A stretch of DNA of 64,000 nt from Vairimorpha necatrix (GCA_036630325.1 CP142727.1:1116001-1180000), one strand, 5' to 3'. Positions 14,798-28,616 are shown, numbered from the stretch's first letter. Numbers and translations: made by a program. Notes: generated from the letters alone by a model not told the origin.

Positions 14798-15856
14798 TTA
14801 TTCTTTAAATATCTCGTTTAAACTTTCATAATATTTTATTACTTTTTTTGATTTTGAATATAGTTTAGTTAAAATATTTTTTAACTGAATTAAGATCATA
14901 TTTACTTTGTTATGAGTAGTGATTTCTTTATATTGATAACATTTCAATTGGTTTCTCAGATTTTGCAATATTTTTGCCATTGGAATATCTTTAAAACAAG
15001 AAAATATTTCTACATTGTAGTTATGCACTTCAATTCTATGTGTATTAGTTAAATTTTTTCCTGTAATTTTTTTTTTCAAATCATACACAGATAGAAAATG
15101 CTCAAATAATGTTATATATTCAAATATTATATCTCTGATTTCACGAGGCACCCACGAACTATCCAATAAATTCTTAATCCTCGGGAATTGTCGATGATTT
15201 ATGTATTTTGTATGTTCATTTTTGATTATACAAATTTTTCTATAATATTCTTTTGCATGTTCAACCTGATTATATTTTTCACTTTTTGTACTGGCATTAT
15301 TCTTCGATATTGATATTCTTTTTATTTTTCTGATAAAACAAGAAATTTGAAATTCACATTCAGAAAATTGTTTTCTTACAGAATTAAAATCACACAACTG
15401 ATCATGACAATGACTAGGGAAGGAACTTAAGCAATTTTCAATTTTATGCTTTTTTTGTTTGGTGGCGTGTGTTTCTTTTAAAATGATGTTACTGGCAGAT
15501 TTTGATGTTTCTATATTAATTTTTTTTGCGCATTCAGTTTTAAAAGAATGTGATTTCATTTCGTCTTTTATAGATCTAGAATTTGAACACTTATCGCTTG
15601 GTTCATGTAATATTTTACATAAATTAGAACTGTAAGTTGATTTTGTTAACGAATTTATATCTTTAGGATATTCTTTTTTTAAAGTATTTTCGTTATGAAT
15701 GTATTTTTCAAGTTCATCGTAAGGTCGAAATCTAAATTGATCTTGCGAAGATATAATTGATATGTAATTATTATCAATATTACCATGTATAGAGTCGCTT
15801 TTGTAATCGTCAAAAAATAATTGTGCACAAACTATAAAATTAATTTTAAAAATCAT
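14798..15856 (-). CDS. Hypothetical 352-aa protein, short hydrophobic N-terminus
   Basis: Long ORF in stop-rich DNA; CCCC motif 6 nt upstream of the ATG; no recognisable domain. Confidence 0.8.
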   Translation of the reverse strand: MIFKINFIVCAQLFFDDYKSDSIHGNIDNNYISIISSQDQFRFRPYDELEKYIHNENTLKKEYPKDINSLTKSTYSSNLCKILHEPSDKCSNSRSIKDEMKSHSFKTECAKKINIETSKSASNIILKETHATKQKKHKIENCLSSFPSHCHDQLCDFNSVRKQFSECEFQISCFIRKIKRISISKNNASTKSEKYNQVEHAKEYYRKICIIKNEHTKYINHRQFPRIKNLLDSSWVPREIRDIIFEYITLFEHFLSVYDLKKKITGKNLTNTHRIEVHNYNVEIFSCFKDIPMAKILQNLRNQLKCYQYKEITTHNKVNMILIQLKNILTKLYSKSKKVIKYYESLNEIFKE

Positions 15857-16719
15857 TTTGTTGGGGAAAGAAAAAATTCTAAAAAACCTACCTAAAATAT
15901 ATTTATTTGATACACATATATATTTCTAAAAAGGTCGATAATTTTTTGCTTTCATGAAGAACATAATATAAATAGACACAAAAGCAAAACAAAAATTATC
16001 CATTCTTAAAACAAATTTCTTGTAGTACTACTTTACTTAAGTAGAAAGTTGTTTCTTTTTACGCTTTTTATTTTTATTTGTCTACAGATAGATATTTATA
16101 AACATTTGATGGTTTTATTCTCTGGATAGTCATTAAACATGATAATAAAAATGTTTAAATCTTATCCTGAATACAAATTTTCTTTTTAATATTTTTGACA
16201 CTCCACTCGCTGCAAATAACATAACTTTGATTTCTTTAACTCCAACATAACAATTATGTAGTAATTAAATTAATAAAATAATCATTTAATTTATAGGCAT
16301 TTGTTCATATAAAAGAATATATACGAATCAAAAAAAATATGAAATTTTTAGATATTTTTCACACAAAATTTAAGTTTTTTAAATTTAAATTATTCAACTG
16401 CATTTTGGTTCATAATTAAAATATAAGTTTTATTAAAATAATCGGCAAATAAAATACCAGGAAACATAGTATCATATGTGAAATAAATTAGACTGTCGAT
16501 TACATTAAAAAAAATCTTTTATGGTCAATTTTAGGATTTTATAAAGAATATGAAATTTATAAAACTTTCAAAAATCATCCAACATCTGCGAACCTCCTTT
16601 ATGTTCTTATTTATAATCTTTTAAATTCTTATGTTTTGTTTTATGAACTATTAGGACTTTGAAAATTTACATTCTATTGTACAACTTCTTAATTTCTCCA
16701 AATGATTATTTTTATAGTT

Positions 16720-16721
<2 letters not shown>

Positions 16722-16760
<39 letters not shown>
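16722..16760. repeat. (TA)n microsatellite, ~19 units
   Basis: Directly visible. Confidence 0.97.
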
Positions 16761-16764
<4 letters not shown>

Positions 16765-19583
16765 ATTTGGTACACTACAATAAATTGATCAATAACCACT
16801 CACATTTCATTAGAGATTTAATATCACTGGGTTTTTTAAACACCTTTCAAAGAAGAATATTTTCTCTAAATCTATCTTTCCTATTATGCTATTCAAAACG
16901 AAAAACTGTTATTTAATAACTAAAACAAATATAATTTTTATTAATAAAGTCCCCTTGACATAAATATTATAATCTTAATAAAAATTTGTTTATTCAATAC
17001 CATTATGTGTATTATCTTACGCCATTTTGTTATAAGCCGGCCGACTTTGTGAGTATACATATTCATCGCTGAAATTAGGGCGTGTTATGTTCTTAATAGT
17101 ATAGATATTAATACATTGCCACTAATGTCTTTAAATGTGTATAAATCGTATCTACTGATATTTTATAATGTTTTATTTATAAGCTTAAAACATTGTTAAT
17201 ACAAAAATAACCTAATCAATTTGATGTTGAAAAATGTTTTATATTATGTTTTACTATAATATTGAAAATATGGACAAGTAATTGGTAACTAAATTATATA
17301 TTCGATGTAATCTATATTAAATAAAAAAATTGATTAAAACCAATTTTAATACATACTAATGTATAAATAATTCCTATTTTACTATATATAATATACATTA
17401 TAACATCAACTTATAAAACACAAGGTATGATGGTTTTTTGTAGAAATATTTATTCTTGTAAAGAATTAATTAAGTAAGTCATGAACTTCTGAAAACAAAA
17501 TCTGCTCTACACATCAGGAACCACGTTGAAGATTATGCTCTACAGCCAATAAAATGAATTTTGGTGTTTAGAGACTGAAATACGTTAAGAATATCAATTT
17601 TAGCATGCTTAGAAATCCTAAGCGACATCATCATTCTATGTAATATTTATTTTTATTGCTGATTATAGATGCTTGGTCAATTTTTGATGCGTTATGTTTA
17701 TTAAATGTAAATGATTCTTATAAACTTTATATCAAAAAGTTCTTTACAATTGGCGAACAAAAGAACAGTGCATTTATTCATGTGTAGAACTCTCTAATTT
17801 TTATTTTACTGTTTTTAAATTTCCGAAATCTTTGATCCACATATAGAAATCCTATTTTAAATTTATAAAAAATCTGTCAAATATGATAATGCGATGTTGT
17901 AATTAAAAACAATGCCTTGCAACCTTCTTAATATAAAAATGTTATTTATTTTACGAATGTGCTACTAAATATCCTGTTAATGCAAATTTACTCATAGTCC
18001 AGATATTAAAACAATTTGCAATGGATAATTAGTTTTAGAGTAAAATCAAAATTTTAGACCTTAATTGTTTCTATCAGTAAATTCTAAATGGTCTTAAAAA
18101 TCCTATTAGACATTTTTCATACACTAGAATAGAAAATATATTAAACCTTACAAATTTATAAAAATATGTTATGTTAAAGTTAAAGTCTATGCATGAGAAA
18201 ATAAACAACAAGTTTTAAGCTAAAAATCCTTGTTTTAAAGGACTAATTTGTATCACCACAAAAAGTACTATAAAATTGTTGGATATTTCAACAAGTATAA
18301 GATTTTCATATAATAATGGTTTTAAGAATTGAATTTTAGAACTGTGATTCTATGTTTTCTACTGTCTACTACAATTTTTTGTTATAAAACTACTTATAAC
18401 TATACTTTGATCATTTTTATAGTAAATTTGCTAATTTTGGTTTAAATCTTTATTTATTGACAAAAGGAAAGATAATAGAGACATGTCACAACTTAATCAA
18501 GTGATACTTTACTAAATGAAGAAATGTGAACACTTGAAACAACTATCATAATAAAATTAGAAAAAAATCACGACAGACGCAAAATGATTATGCATAATCA
18601 ACAACAGCTCTTTTTATTATATGATAATCAAAATACTTAATATAATTGAAGCTTTTCTAATAAAATATAAACATTTGTGAAAATTTGAAAAATCTTATAA
18701 AGTCTAGATTGGCATCTAAATATTTAAACAAATTCAAAAAATTGTTTAAAAATGGACTGGTATATAAAATAGATCAAAAAAGCGCTTTAAAATCCGACTA
18801 TTTATTTTATATCTCTACCGAACATTATATCTATTTAAACTAAAAACTTTGAGATTTTGACTTTTGAAATAATAAATTGCATTTAGAAATATCTTGAAGA
18901 GTACAAAGTTGTAATAAACAATCCACAAATGGCAGAAACTCACAAAGAAAAATGTATAGTACTTGCAACCGTTGTTTAAAATTAGCTATAAATATTGTAA
19001 GATGCAATTTGTATCAATCGAATTCATTTTTTTCTTAAGTTATCTATGCTAAAAAATATTATCAATAAATTTGGTTTTATAAAATCATTATATATTAATT
19101 TTGTTTACATATAAACAGAATATATGATTTATGATTCATTAAAATTTATAAAATATATTAACTATGTTTTTTGATTAATTTATAAAAATTTATAACGTTA
19201 AGATTATTTTATTGGCTATTTATTTGTATAAAGATTTAATCAATTAAATTTCAATGTTTTAAATAAGTGATATATTACGCAAAATACAATATTGATTTAG
19301 ACGTTAGAATATGAGAGCCGAAGAATTTACTTGGTATTCGGGATTTAAATATCAAAAACATTATATTAATATGGTAAACTATAATTTTGTTAAATTTTTC
19401 ACAATACGAACATACAAAATATAAATTGAAAATGCATATTGTTGTAGTACATAGATTAAACGATAGTATAAATAAATGCTTGAACATTGCTATATTATTG
19501 ATTTACGGATCGACAACCATAAATAACAGCATAAATTCCAATTAATTCTCATTTTTTAGTCTTTTAGAATAACCCTAGTTGTT

Positions 19584-20333
19584 ATGTTATTTATTATTTT
19601 ATATCAAGTTTATGCTTTGTTGTCCTTTAATATAGAATCAAATTCACATGAAGTCTATGCAACATCTAAAAATATACCGACGTCAACATACAAATCACAA
19701 AATAGTAACTATGATTTAAAAGATATAAATAATCAGCCATTTTACATTCATTATGATTATGTTGATATTGAAAATTTAAAAAAAATATCCAAAATTGTAT
19801 TTAGAACTTTAATGTATGATTCTTCGGTCATAGAAATTATGTATTCTTTTTTTAATGTATCAAAACCAATAAATTCAAATGTAATGAAAAAACTAGAACG
19901 TAAATTTCAAAAAGACGTTACATTATTTCTATTAAACATAAGACCTCGAAGAAAATCAAGAAATCTCAACAGTTTTATACAAACTTTAGCATATAATAGC
20001 TATAAACTGATTTATCATTTAAGTAGAAATTATAAGATTAATACTAGCACAGATAGAACCATACTAATGTACAGTATAAGAAATAATATCAAATTAAAAG
20101 TAAAAACAGAATTTCAGAGGGAGATAGAAAAATTGTTTGATGATGATGTATTATTTGAAGTGTTTGAAAATCAAAAAATGTTTTTAGAGGGTTTTGTAAA
20201 CTCTAGTAGTAAATATAATACAACACAAAATGTCGTTACGGCTAAAGTTCCTTTATCATATAAAAAAAATGAAATAACAGATAAATTTAAACGCCAAAAG
20301 GTATTAAGCAATAATTTTATTCGCTTTGGGTAA
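19584..20333 (+). CDS. Hypothetical 249-aa protein, signal-peptide-like N-terminus
   Basis: Intact ORF starting MLFIILYQVYALLSF; CCC at 19573-19575 just upstream. Confidence 0.8.
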   Translation: MLFIILYQVYALLSFNIESNSHEVYATSKNIPTSTYKSQNSNYDLKDINNQPFYIHYDYVDIENLKKISKIVFRTLMYDSSVIEIMYSFFNVSKPINSNVMKKLERKFQKDVTLFLLNIRPRRKSRNLNSFIQTLAYNSYKLIYHLSRNYKINTSTDRTILMYSIRNNIKLKVKTEFQREIEKLFDDDVLFEVFENQKMFLEGFVNSSSKYNTTQNVVTAKVPLSYKKNEITDKFKRQKVLSNNFIRFG

Positions 20334-22768
20334 AGAATAAAAATTTTCCTTTATTTATGAAATTATATATGATAGTTTTTGTATATGTTGTTGTGTAATT
20401 TTATTAGACTATCAACCTGATTATTTAGCATTCAAAAACTCATTATTTAAATTAATTCGATAAACAACGCTGTTATTTAAATCTCTAATTTATATTAAAA
20501 AACATCAATATTGGAATTGAAGATATTGTTACAAATAATCTATCCCAATGCATAAAAAAAACTTTTATAAACTCTTTTCTAATTACGTCAAAAGTTGTGG
20601 TATAGAACTAAACGACGCAAATAATGAAAGTTTTACACATTTAATCGAATCGATACCAATGTTTATTTAAAGTTATAAAGAAGACGTGTTATATATAAAG
20701 TAGATTTTATTGTAATATTTAATATTAAGGGGGAAACTCTGGATTCACTAAGTTTATAAGCGATCTGAGTTTGCGGATATCGATAATTAATATTAATAAA
20801 TTGTCAAGTCAGTTAATTTTTATATAATTTCATTTTTTATTGATTAAATATACCTTTTTATCGATATTTATAACCGAACTGGAAAAGGTTTATCTATTTT
20901 ATGTTATAAATATCTTTAAGCTGTTTTATAGTTGGATTATTAATTCGTTGCTTACAAATTCCATGGTGTGGCGGTAATGTCTTATTTGCTGAAAATATGC
21001 GTAGAAAAGAACATTTTAGTTCTCATACAGTTAAAAAATTTATTTCTATACTTTAAATTTTCGAATAATTGTAATGTGAGAAGAGCATATGCAACTTAAA
21101 TTTGCACAATAGTAGTAGAAATTGTAATATCATGCGTTCTCTACACCAAATGTCCTTAAAGTATATTGAAATTCAAAAAAGAAACAAACCCTTGACAAAT
21201 AAAGTGTAAAAGCAGGGGGTTGTATGTGTTTACAGCATTTAAATCAATTTTCTCAAATCTTTTGAAATATTCGGAAGACTGTTTATAGCATTTTACCTGC
21301 AATTTCTGCTCTAATGTAATTTAATTACGTGAATATTATAAACTCACAGCAATTTATGTTCATTCGGCATGATATTAATAAAAGTGCATTAAAGCAAAGA
21401 CCAAAAATGGGGAAATTCAATGGTTAAAGAGAATAATATAGAACCAAATTTTTATTTTTATACAAGGCAATTTTTTAAATTACTAAATTTTGTCTTAACG
21501 CACCAATCAAACTCTCATACTTGTTAATATTTAGAATGCTTATATTGTCATCATTAGGATCTCTACAATGGTTTTATTTTTGCAATATATACAGGTAGAT
21601 TGCATATAAAGTGTTAAATTTTGTAAAATTAACCACAAAAGTAAAAAAAATTAAAGTGATCTTTGAATATATGTAAAGGATTTATTCGAGAATTACAATT
21701 AACTATTGTCATACCCTCACTATGACCAATTATACTCACGGAAATAGTTGTTTCAGATCAATGTTTCAATTGGTACTCGTGTAACCAATTATATTTGATT
21801 TGATTTAGAAAAAACTATTTAAGAAAATTATTTTTAAATAAATATGAATTACTCTTCAACATGTAAATCTATTTACATTTCCCTTTTAAAAACCAACAAG
21901 GTACCGCCAAGACATGGCAACTATATTATTATAAGACATTGTACCGTTATTTTTGACCATAATTGCAGATTAATAATGTAAACGTATTGATTTATTTTAG
22001 CGCCAATTGGTTGAAAAAAAAAATCTAACCTTCTAAGTTCTGATAACTATAGACATATTACATTTATGTTGTTTTTTTATTCATAATTAACATTCGTTAT
22101 AAAAATTATAATCGACCATTATGATATTTACATTATATCTTCAATTAAATTAAATTATAAAAAAAGTTAATTGATTGCATAATTTTATATCTTATGCACG
22201 AGATAATAAAACGTGAATTGTTCTATTTCATTTGTTAAAAATATGAAAGTTTTGTTTCACAAACAAATTTTTGTTTTTTTTTTCCGAAGACAAGGATTGC
22301 TTATTCAAGCTGATCATAATAAAATAACAGTAGTTATTTTAATTTAAGTTTTATTATATCACTTCTTGCAAAAATATAACTTTAATATAAAAAATTCGAA
22401 CTGAAGAGTTTCCTTTTATTAAAAAATATTATTATTGATTCTTTTGTTTGGCAAAAGAAGTAGATTGTTTTTAGACATTTTTATTTTGTTCTTTATTCTT
22501 CGGCAATTCCAAAAAAAATGACGAAAAATTATTTATATTATGTTATCATTGAGACTTTAATATTTTAAACGTTTCTATTTCTGTTTATGTTCAGGTAATT
22601 TTATACTCTAACATATTCCTTATTTCAACGTCAGTCAAATCTTGAAAAAACAATTGTGTTCATATTCACTCGATAGAAGTTATTACTTAGATTTTATTTG
22701 TATTACCTAAAATAAAAGTATTTAATTGACGATAAATATCATAACTACAAAAAACTATATTTATTAAA

Positions 22769-23002
22769 TTAAGACATTTCTATTTTTTCGAAATTCTTTT
22801 CGTTGTCATCACTATAAATAGACTTTTTACATATGTTAGCTATGCAGAGAGCAATATAAGTTAAAAATATAAGAGAGACAAACAAAAAAAAATACACGAC
22901 GGTGAATAAAAATATTTCTTCGTCGATTTTGTTGTTTTCATCCAGTTTGTTCTTGCAATCCTTATCAATGTAAATCATTAGTGTTTTTATATAATTAGAC
23001 AT
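22769..23002 (-). CDS. Possible 77-aa single-pass membrane protein, or the 3' remnant of a longer gene
   Basis: GGGC directly before the ATG; one ~23-aa hydrophobic stretch flanked by charged residues; short, could be spurious. Confidence 0.3.
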   Translation of the reverse strand: MSNYIKTLMIYIDKDCKNKLDENNKIDEEIFLFTVVYFFLFVSLIFLTYIALCIANICKKSIYSDDNEKNFEKIEMS

Positions 23003-24711
23003 GCCCTGTTTTTATATCAATGCATATTATGTTAATTTTCGACCTCTTTTGTCAATATATTAAATTTAAATATAAACCAAATGTTTCTTAAGTATTGATA
23101 GAGTATAATTTACTTACCAAAATTTTATACTTTTTCTGATTCATTTGATATAAACATTACACGTCATAACATACTTGACAGGATCTAAGATTATTTACTT
23201 TTATCAAATAGATAATATGTTAGGGTTCTTAATGATTTTTGTTTTTTTATTTTTAAATACAAATGTAAATTGCTGGATTTTTGTCTTTTTAGATCAATAT
23301 TTATTAACATATTTTAACTTTTGCTTGAAATGTTTTCCTAACATTCTATAAATTTTTCCGATTAAATCAAATAAAAACAAGATATACAGATAATTAGGAA
23401 ATATTAGCTCCCGGTTTTAACTTTAGTCTCCCGCTTTCTTATCTATATACAGAAATTAATTTTTAGCCCTTTTTTTCAAAGGTTGAAGCTGCGAGAACGA
23501 GGAGATTAAAGTAAAAAATTACATATACCAAGATGGTTCTATCTATATCATTTTTGCTCGTATAATAAGCAAAATTTAATAGTAATTATAATATATAATA
23601 CTTTTTCTTTGCTTAGCATATATCTAGGGGGTTAAATTCCTAATATATTTGCTCTTTTTTTATTCTTGTGCCTTTAAATTTGATTTAGGTATTTTTAAAC
23701 GTGTCTTCAATGAGTTTACAATACTGTAAACAATTTTTAGGCTTTGAATTCCCAATTAAATATTTAGTATATACAATTACTTTGTTTTTTTTAGAATTCA
23801 ATAGTTTTTATAAACATACAAGATGTAAAATAAAAAGTTTGTGCTCTTGCAAACATTATTAGGTCATTATAAATTAATATAGCTAGATATGTTGTATAAG
23901 ACTATTTTATAAATGTATATTTTTTGTTTTTATAAATTATATGCCTTCTACATATTTTTATTCTTTCTTGATATTAAAAAAAAACATTATATTTATATTG
24001 TTCAAGATTTATCTTTGTTGAAATTTTAATGTATAATAAGAGAAGTCTTGATGAAGTAGGCGAATGAACTAAATAATTAAAAATATTGTTTATAATAAAA
24101 TTTTATTTGTTTCTAATTTTTTAGTAGTTTTATTGTAACTTTTTTTGTTTATTTCAAAACATATTTTTTTTGTTCGACTTTCAAATTGGATAGAAAATGA
24201 TGAATTAGTATACGTATTGCAGTTAAAGTGGGAATTTATTTCTAATGTTTAGTTAAAAGATATACATCATGTTAAAGATTTTATATCGACCAACCCCCAA
24301 AAAAAAATAAGTATAAGGGCGATAGGAATCGAAAAATGATAAATACATTATCGCTTTCAATTTATTTATTAATTTCAATTGTTATCTAATCGTATGTAAA
24401 ATAGTAATATACAATTAATGCAATTATTTAAAAATTTATAATGTTAATATTTGTTGTTTGGGGCTGCTTAAATTTTGTTTCGTAACAACCCAAAGAAGTA
24501 TAAACTATTAACAATGATTCTAATTAAATACAAAACTCCTTTTTAAGTACTAATGATACAGGTTTTGTATGTGTTTAATCAATTTTTATTTTTGTCTATA
24601 TTGTTGATCAATAATTTTATAAATCAGCTAGACATTTTGGTTCTATAAATAGTATTGTATAATAGTTAACTAAGTTTAATTTTTTTTTTTACAAATATTA
24701 TTATCTTTTTT

Positions 24712-25782
24712 GGCTAAAATCAGCTTTAGTGTAAAAAAAATGGGGGGGTCAAAATTTTTAAAAAATTGCCCCTTTTTTTAAAAAAGGAAGGGAATGCTGA
24801 GTAAAGAAGAAATTGAAGATTTTTATGAACATCTGCTAAGAAAGAAATATAAACAGAAATGTTTAATTTGTGGATGGATACATCTAGAGTATCTAACGAA
24901 ACATTTTATTTGAGATGTAAATTTCCCAAATGCGGCCAAAGATTATTAATTTGGAATAATACTCTATTTTCAAATAGTAAGATAGATCATATTCTTATGC
25001 TGAAAATTGTTATCTATGGACAATGAGACTTAAAATAGCGCATTTTTTTAAAAATTTGGACTGTAATATGCAAAATGTAAGTGCTACACTTGAGAAATTA
25101 TATAAATTAAAAATTTATGAAAAATATATAAATAAAACAAAACAAATAGGAGGCGAAAATATCATAGTGGAGATCGACGAAAGTAAAATAGGTAAGAATA
25201 AATACCACAGGGGAAAATTACTTAAAGGATTTTGGTGTTTTGGGATGGTAGAAAGAACAACAGAAAAGAAGATAATATTTGTCATTATAAATCAAAGAAA
25301 CAAATTTACATTGCTGCAGATCTTATTTAAGCATGTAAATTTGAAATCTATCTTTCTTTTATTCCGATATGTGGAAGGCCTATATAACGTTAAAAAGCCA
25401 TTACGCGGACCATAGAACTGTGAATCACAGTCTAATATTTAGAAATAATGAAACAGGTGTCCATACAAACACCATCAAATGGAATTGGAGGTCTTTAAAG
25501 GCCTCTCTACCCAATAGGTGTAAAACATATGAACTTTCTGAAATCTATATAACTCTATATATGATTAAAAGAAATGAGATTCAAGACGCCTTTAAAGCGT
25601 TATTAAAATTATGTTTTTGATATATTTTACTTCTTTTAATACAATTTTTATATATTTTTATACCTTAATTACATTTCATTTTTTTTCTGAAGTTTTCTCT
25701 TCCCTTCCTTTTTTAAAAAAATGGCAATTTTTTAAAAATTTTGACCCCCCCCATTTTTTTTACACTAAAGCTGATTTTAGCC
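24712..25782 (+). mobile_element. Merlin (IS1595/ISXO2-like) DNA transposon A
   Basis: ~83-bp TIRs starting GGCTAAAATCAGCTTTAGTG (24712-24794; 25700-25782); 8-bp TSD TCTTTTTT (24704-24711; 25783-25790); internal transposase. Confidence 0.95.
24794..25620 (+). pseudogene. Frameshifted Merlin/IS1595-type DDE transposase
   Basis: N-terminal CLIC...CKFPKC zinc ribbon; IGGENIIVEIDESK.GK.KYHRG; D.WKAY; H.TVNHS...ETGVHTNTI; split over several frames. Confidence 0.9.
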
Positions 25783-26344
25783 TCTTTTTTATATGTACTT
25801 CAATGTTAAATTTATAATATTTCAAAATGTTATTTATTAAGATTTTTTTAGATCTAATTATATCTTTGCTTTTTATTTAATCAAAATAAGTACCAATGTA
25901 ATAACATGTTTCGCCAACTTTACCGAAAAAGTCAACATATCAAAATTTTAATTTCATTGATAAAGTTTATTAAAAATGATTGTAGATTTTATGATTGTAA
26001 ACATTTAAAATTCTATAATATAAAAAAAAATTATTTATATATTCTTATTAATGTTTTTTTCGCAAGAGTTAACATTTAGATTGCCTCCTTCTAGTCAAAA
26101 TTTTTATTGTATTTCTTTTTAAGTCAAATCTTTGCTATAATTTCAAAAGGAAAAAACATGTCATATAAATCGATTGAAATATTTTGGAAATGCTGTCAAA
26201 TATTTTGACATTCTCTAATCACAAAAAAATTTTAAGTATTTTAATCATTTTAACAGTTTGAATGTCCAAAATTAACTTTGTTTGTTTACAATTATATTTA
26301 AATGCTAGTGATGTTTTCTACTATAAATTTTAATAATTCATTAA

Positions 26345-26348
26345 CCCC
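26345..26348 (+). promoter_or_regulatory. CCC-like start-proximal motif (example; also before ATGs at 7680, 15856, 19584, 43755, 48114, 53575)
   Basis: AT-rich tract then CCCC-ATG; established microsporidian transcription/translation start signature. Confidence 0.75.
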
Positions 26349-28616
26349 ATGAAAATCCTTCATTTAATTTTGCCAGTTTTAATTTATTGTACCAATGAAA
26401 TTATGCTTAATAAAATTACTGATAACTTGTTGAAAAAAATATATTATAGAGATTATGTGGTTTTTAATCCATATAAGATTCATATCATTGTGAATCTAAA
26501 ATACAATGAATCGAAAAAAATTATTTACATTGACATTGAAGAAAAGGCAAGCAATGCAAAAACAAGAATCAAGGATAGTTGTATTATAGAGTATTATGAT
26601 AAAACGGCAAACGATATTACTTTTGAGATTGAACAATATATAATCAATATTCTAAAATATAACTTTTCTTGTTCTATAAATTTAATTTACGACTCACTAA
26701 ACTCATTAACTTGTTTATTAATTAAAGAGGTAATAGAAACAATCAAAAACATAAATTCTTTGAGAAAAGTCAATAAGAAGGGATGGGATATTTATTATGA
26801 TAATATTTGTGAGGCAAATGATTTTTTATTAGACGTGATTGATGAATTCCAAAAAGAAAAAAATAATTCTGAAATGTATATGAGTGTATTTGATGTTCAT
26901 ACGTTTTACAATACGGAACATAATGAATTGAGCATAAGACTTCCTATGAAAATAGATGGTATATATTATTTGTTCGAATTAAATATTGATCAACTTGACG
27001 TTGAAGCATTTTATTTATTAAATGAGACAAATTATGTAGTTACTAGTCCTATATTTGATGACAAAATATTCATGAAACTGCTCATTATATTTAAATCATT
27101 TAATGATGATTTGATATATATGAGCAAAACTCCATATATCGCCAAATGTAAAACTAGTAATTATGAAATTAAGAATTCAGATTTTAAAATAAAAATTGAT
27201 AGTGACGCGGCGAGTTTTAAACAAAGATCTGGTGAATATTTTTATCATCTGTCAAATAATGCATCAAATAGTATGTACCGAAATTGTTTTGAAGAATTTC
27301 AACAACTTTTAAAAAAAATTTCATTTTTTAATAATACTAAAGCAAAAGAAGGCATTGATCTATTTTTTAGATTGTTAAAAAGAGATGATAAGATAAAATA
27401 TTTGTTTTATGGTATTCTTGATAGGAAAGAATCGGCTATAAATTTATTATGTGCACATCTGTTTTTATCTATGAACAAAATAGTTCATCGTGATCTAAAT
27501 ATCATTATAGGACAAGATAAACATTCTAAGAATGAGTTTAAAGATATAAAAAATCGCTTGACGAAAACTATCATACCAAAATTGACAGATAATAATAGTT
27601 TTGAAAGTTATTTAATTAAAATTTGCATTCTTATAGAGGCGGAAAAGTATATTAATGAAAATGATGTGACAAACGACTTATTATATAACACAATAAAAGA
27701 GATCGGTAATATATTAAAATTGAAAAATAATAATAATAATGATAAGCAATTTTATTATAATCAAGAAGGTGTTGATCTAGCTGAAATAATACACGATGTC
27801 GTTAATATGCATGTAGATAATATTTTAAACCATAAAGGAAAGGTCATAAGACGCTTATGTACCATAACTTCATTATTAAAAGAAAAAAGTGGAACATTTA
27901 CAAGAAATTTCTTAATATACTCTAAAAAAGATAAAACTATTGATAAATTGGAACTTAATAAAAATAAGGTAGAGAAGAATATTGAAATATTAATTAACGA
28001 AATTTTAAAAGATATTAAAGAAGACAAAATATACGAAAAAGAAAGAAAAATAAAAGAAGTAGAGACAAATAAAATAAGAAAAACATTAGAAAAATATTGT
28101 TTAATTGAGAATTTAAATGCAATATTTGCAGAAGCATTAGACAAAGATGTTACCAATATATTTGAAAAAGATGCAAGAATTAAGTTCAAATATGCTTTGA
28201 TGACAAAAGGTATATATAAGATCGTTCAAGTATTTAAAGACCATATTATTCAAAATAATAATACAGCAAGTAATTACTTTCGGAAAATGTTTAAAAGTAA
28301 TCTAAATGAAGAAACAGTAAATGATTACAAAAAAGAATTAATTGACAAATTTAAAACAGGTATAAACATATATATTGAAGAAAATTTAATTAATAGATCA
28401 AAAATGGAGCTGTATAAAATTTTAAAAGCCCTAGAAGAGAATAATTTTGAAAACGGTACAATAGATAAAAGAAAACATGAAAAAAAATTACTGATTTATC
28501 TAGAATTTTTGAGCAAAAATGATATATTAGAGGTACTAAGTGATAATCCCGAATTGAAAATAGATGCCGATACAATGAAATTCATAAATAACAATTGTAA
28601 AATTGAATATAATTAA
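26349..28616 (+). CDS. Hypothetical 755-aa protein, paralog 2, signal-peptide-like N-terminus
   Basis: Intact ORF MKILHLILPVLIYC; family motifs; CCCC directly before the ATG. Confidence 0.93.
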   Translation: MKILHLILPVLIYCTNEIMLNKITDNLLKKIYYRDYVVFNPYKIHIIVNLKYNESKKIIYIDIEEKASNAKTRIKDSCIIEYYDKTANDITFEIEQYIINILKYNFSCSINLIYDSLNSLTCLLIKEVIETIKNINSLRKVNKKGWDIYYDNICEANDFLLDVIDEFQKEKNNSEMYMSVFDVHTFYNTEHNELSIRLPMKIDGIYYLFELNIDQLDVEAFYLLNETNYVVTSPIFDDKIFMKLLIIFKSFNDDLIYMSKTPYIAKCKTSNYEIKNSDFKIKIDSDAASFKQRSGEYFYHLSNNASNSMYRNCFEEFQQLLKKISFFNNTKAKEGIDLFFRLLKRDDKIKYLFYGILDRKESAINLLCAHLFLSMNKIVHRDLNIIIGQDKHSKNEFKDIKNRLTKTIIPKLTDNNSFESYLIKICILIEAEKYINENDVTNDLLYNTIKEIGNILKLKNNNNNDKQFYYNQEGVDLAEIIHDVVNMHVDNILNHKGKVIRRLCTITSLLKEKSGTFTRNFLIYSKKDKTIDKLELNKNKVEKNIEILINEILKDIKEDKIYEKERKIKEVETNKIRKTLEKYCLIENLNAIFAEALDKDVTNIFEKDARIKFKYALMTKGIYKIVQVFKDHIIQNNNTASNYFRKMFKSNLNEETVNDYKKELIDKFKTGINIYIEENLINRSKMELYKILKALEENNFENGTIDKRKHEKKLLIYLEFLSKNDILEVLSDNPELKIDADTMKFINNNCKIEYN

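Noticed and set aside
16659-16916. 85-aa ORF with YIYIYI
   Set aside because: Runs through a (TA)n microsatellite, TTG start, no start motif
25023-25620. Bacterial IS1595 insertion or contamination
   Set aside because: Eukaryotic Merlin elements share this transposase; long TIRs, GG termini, 8-bp TSD and host-like composition fit Merlin
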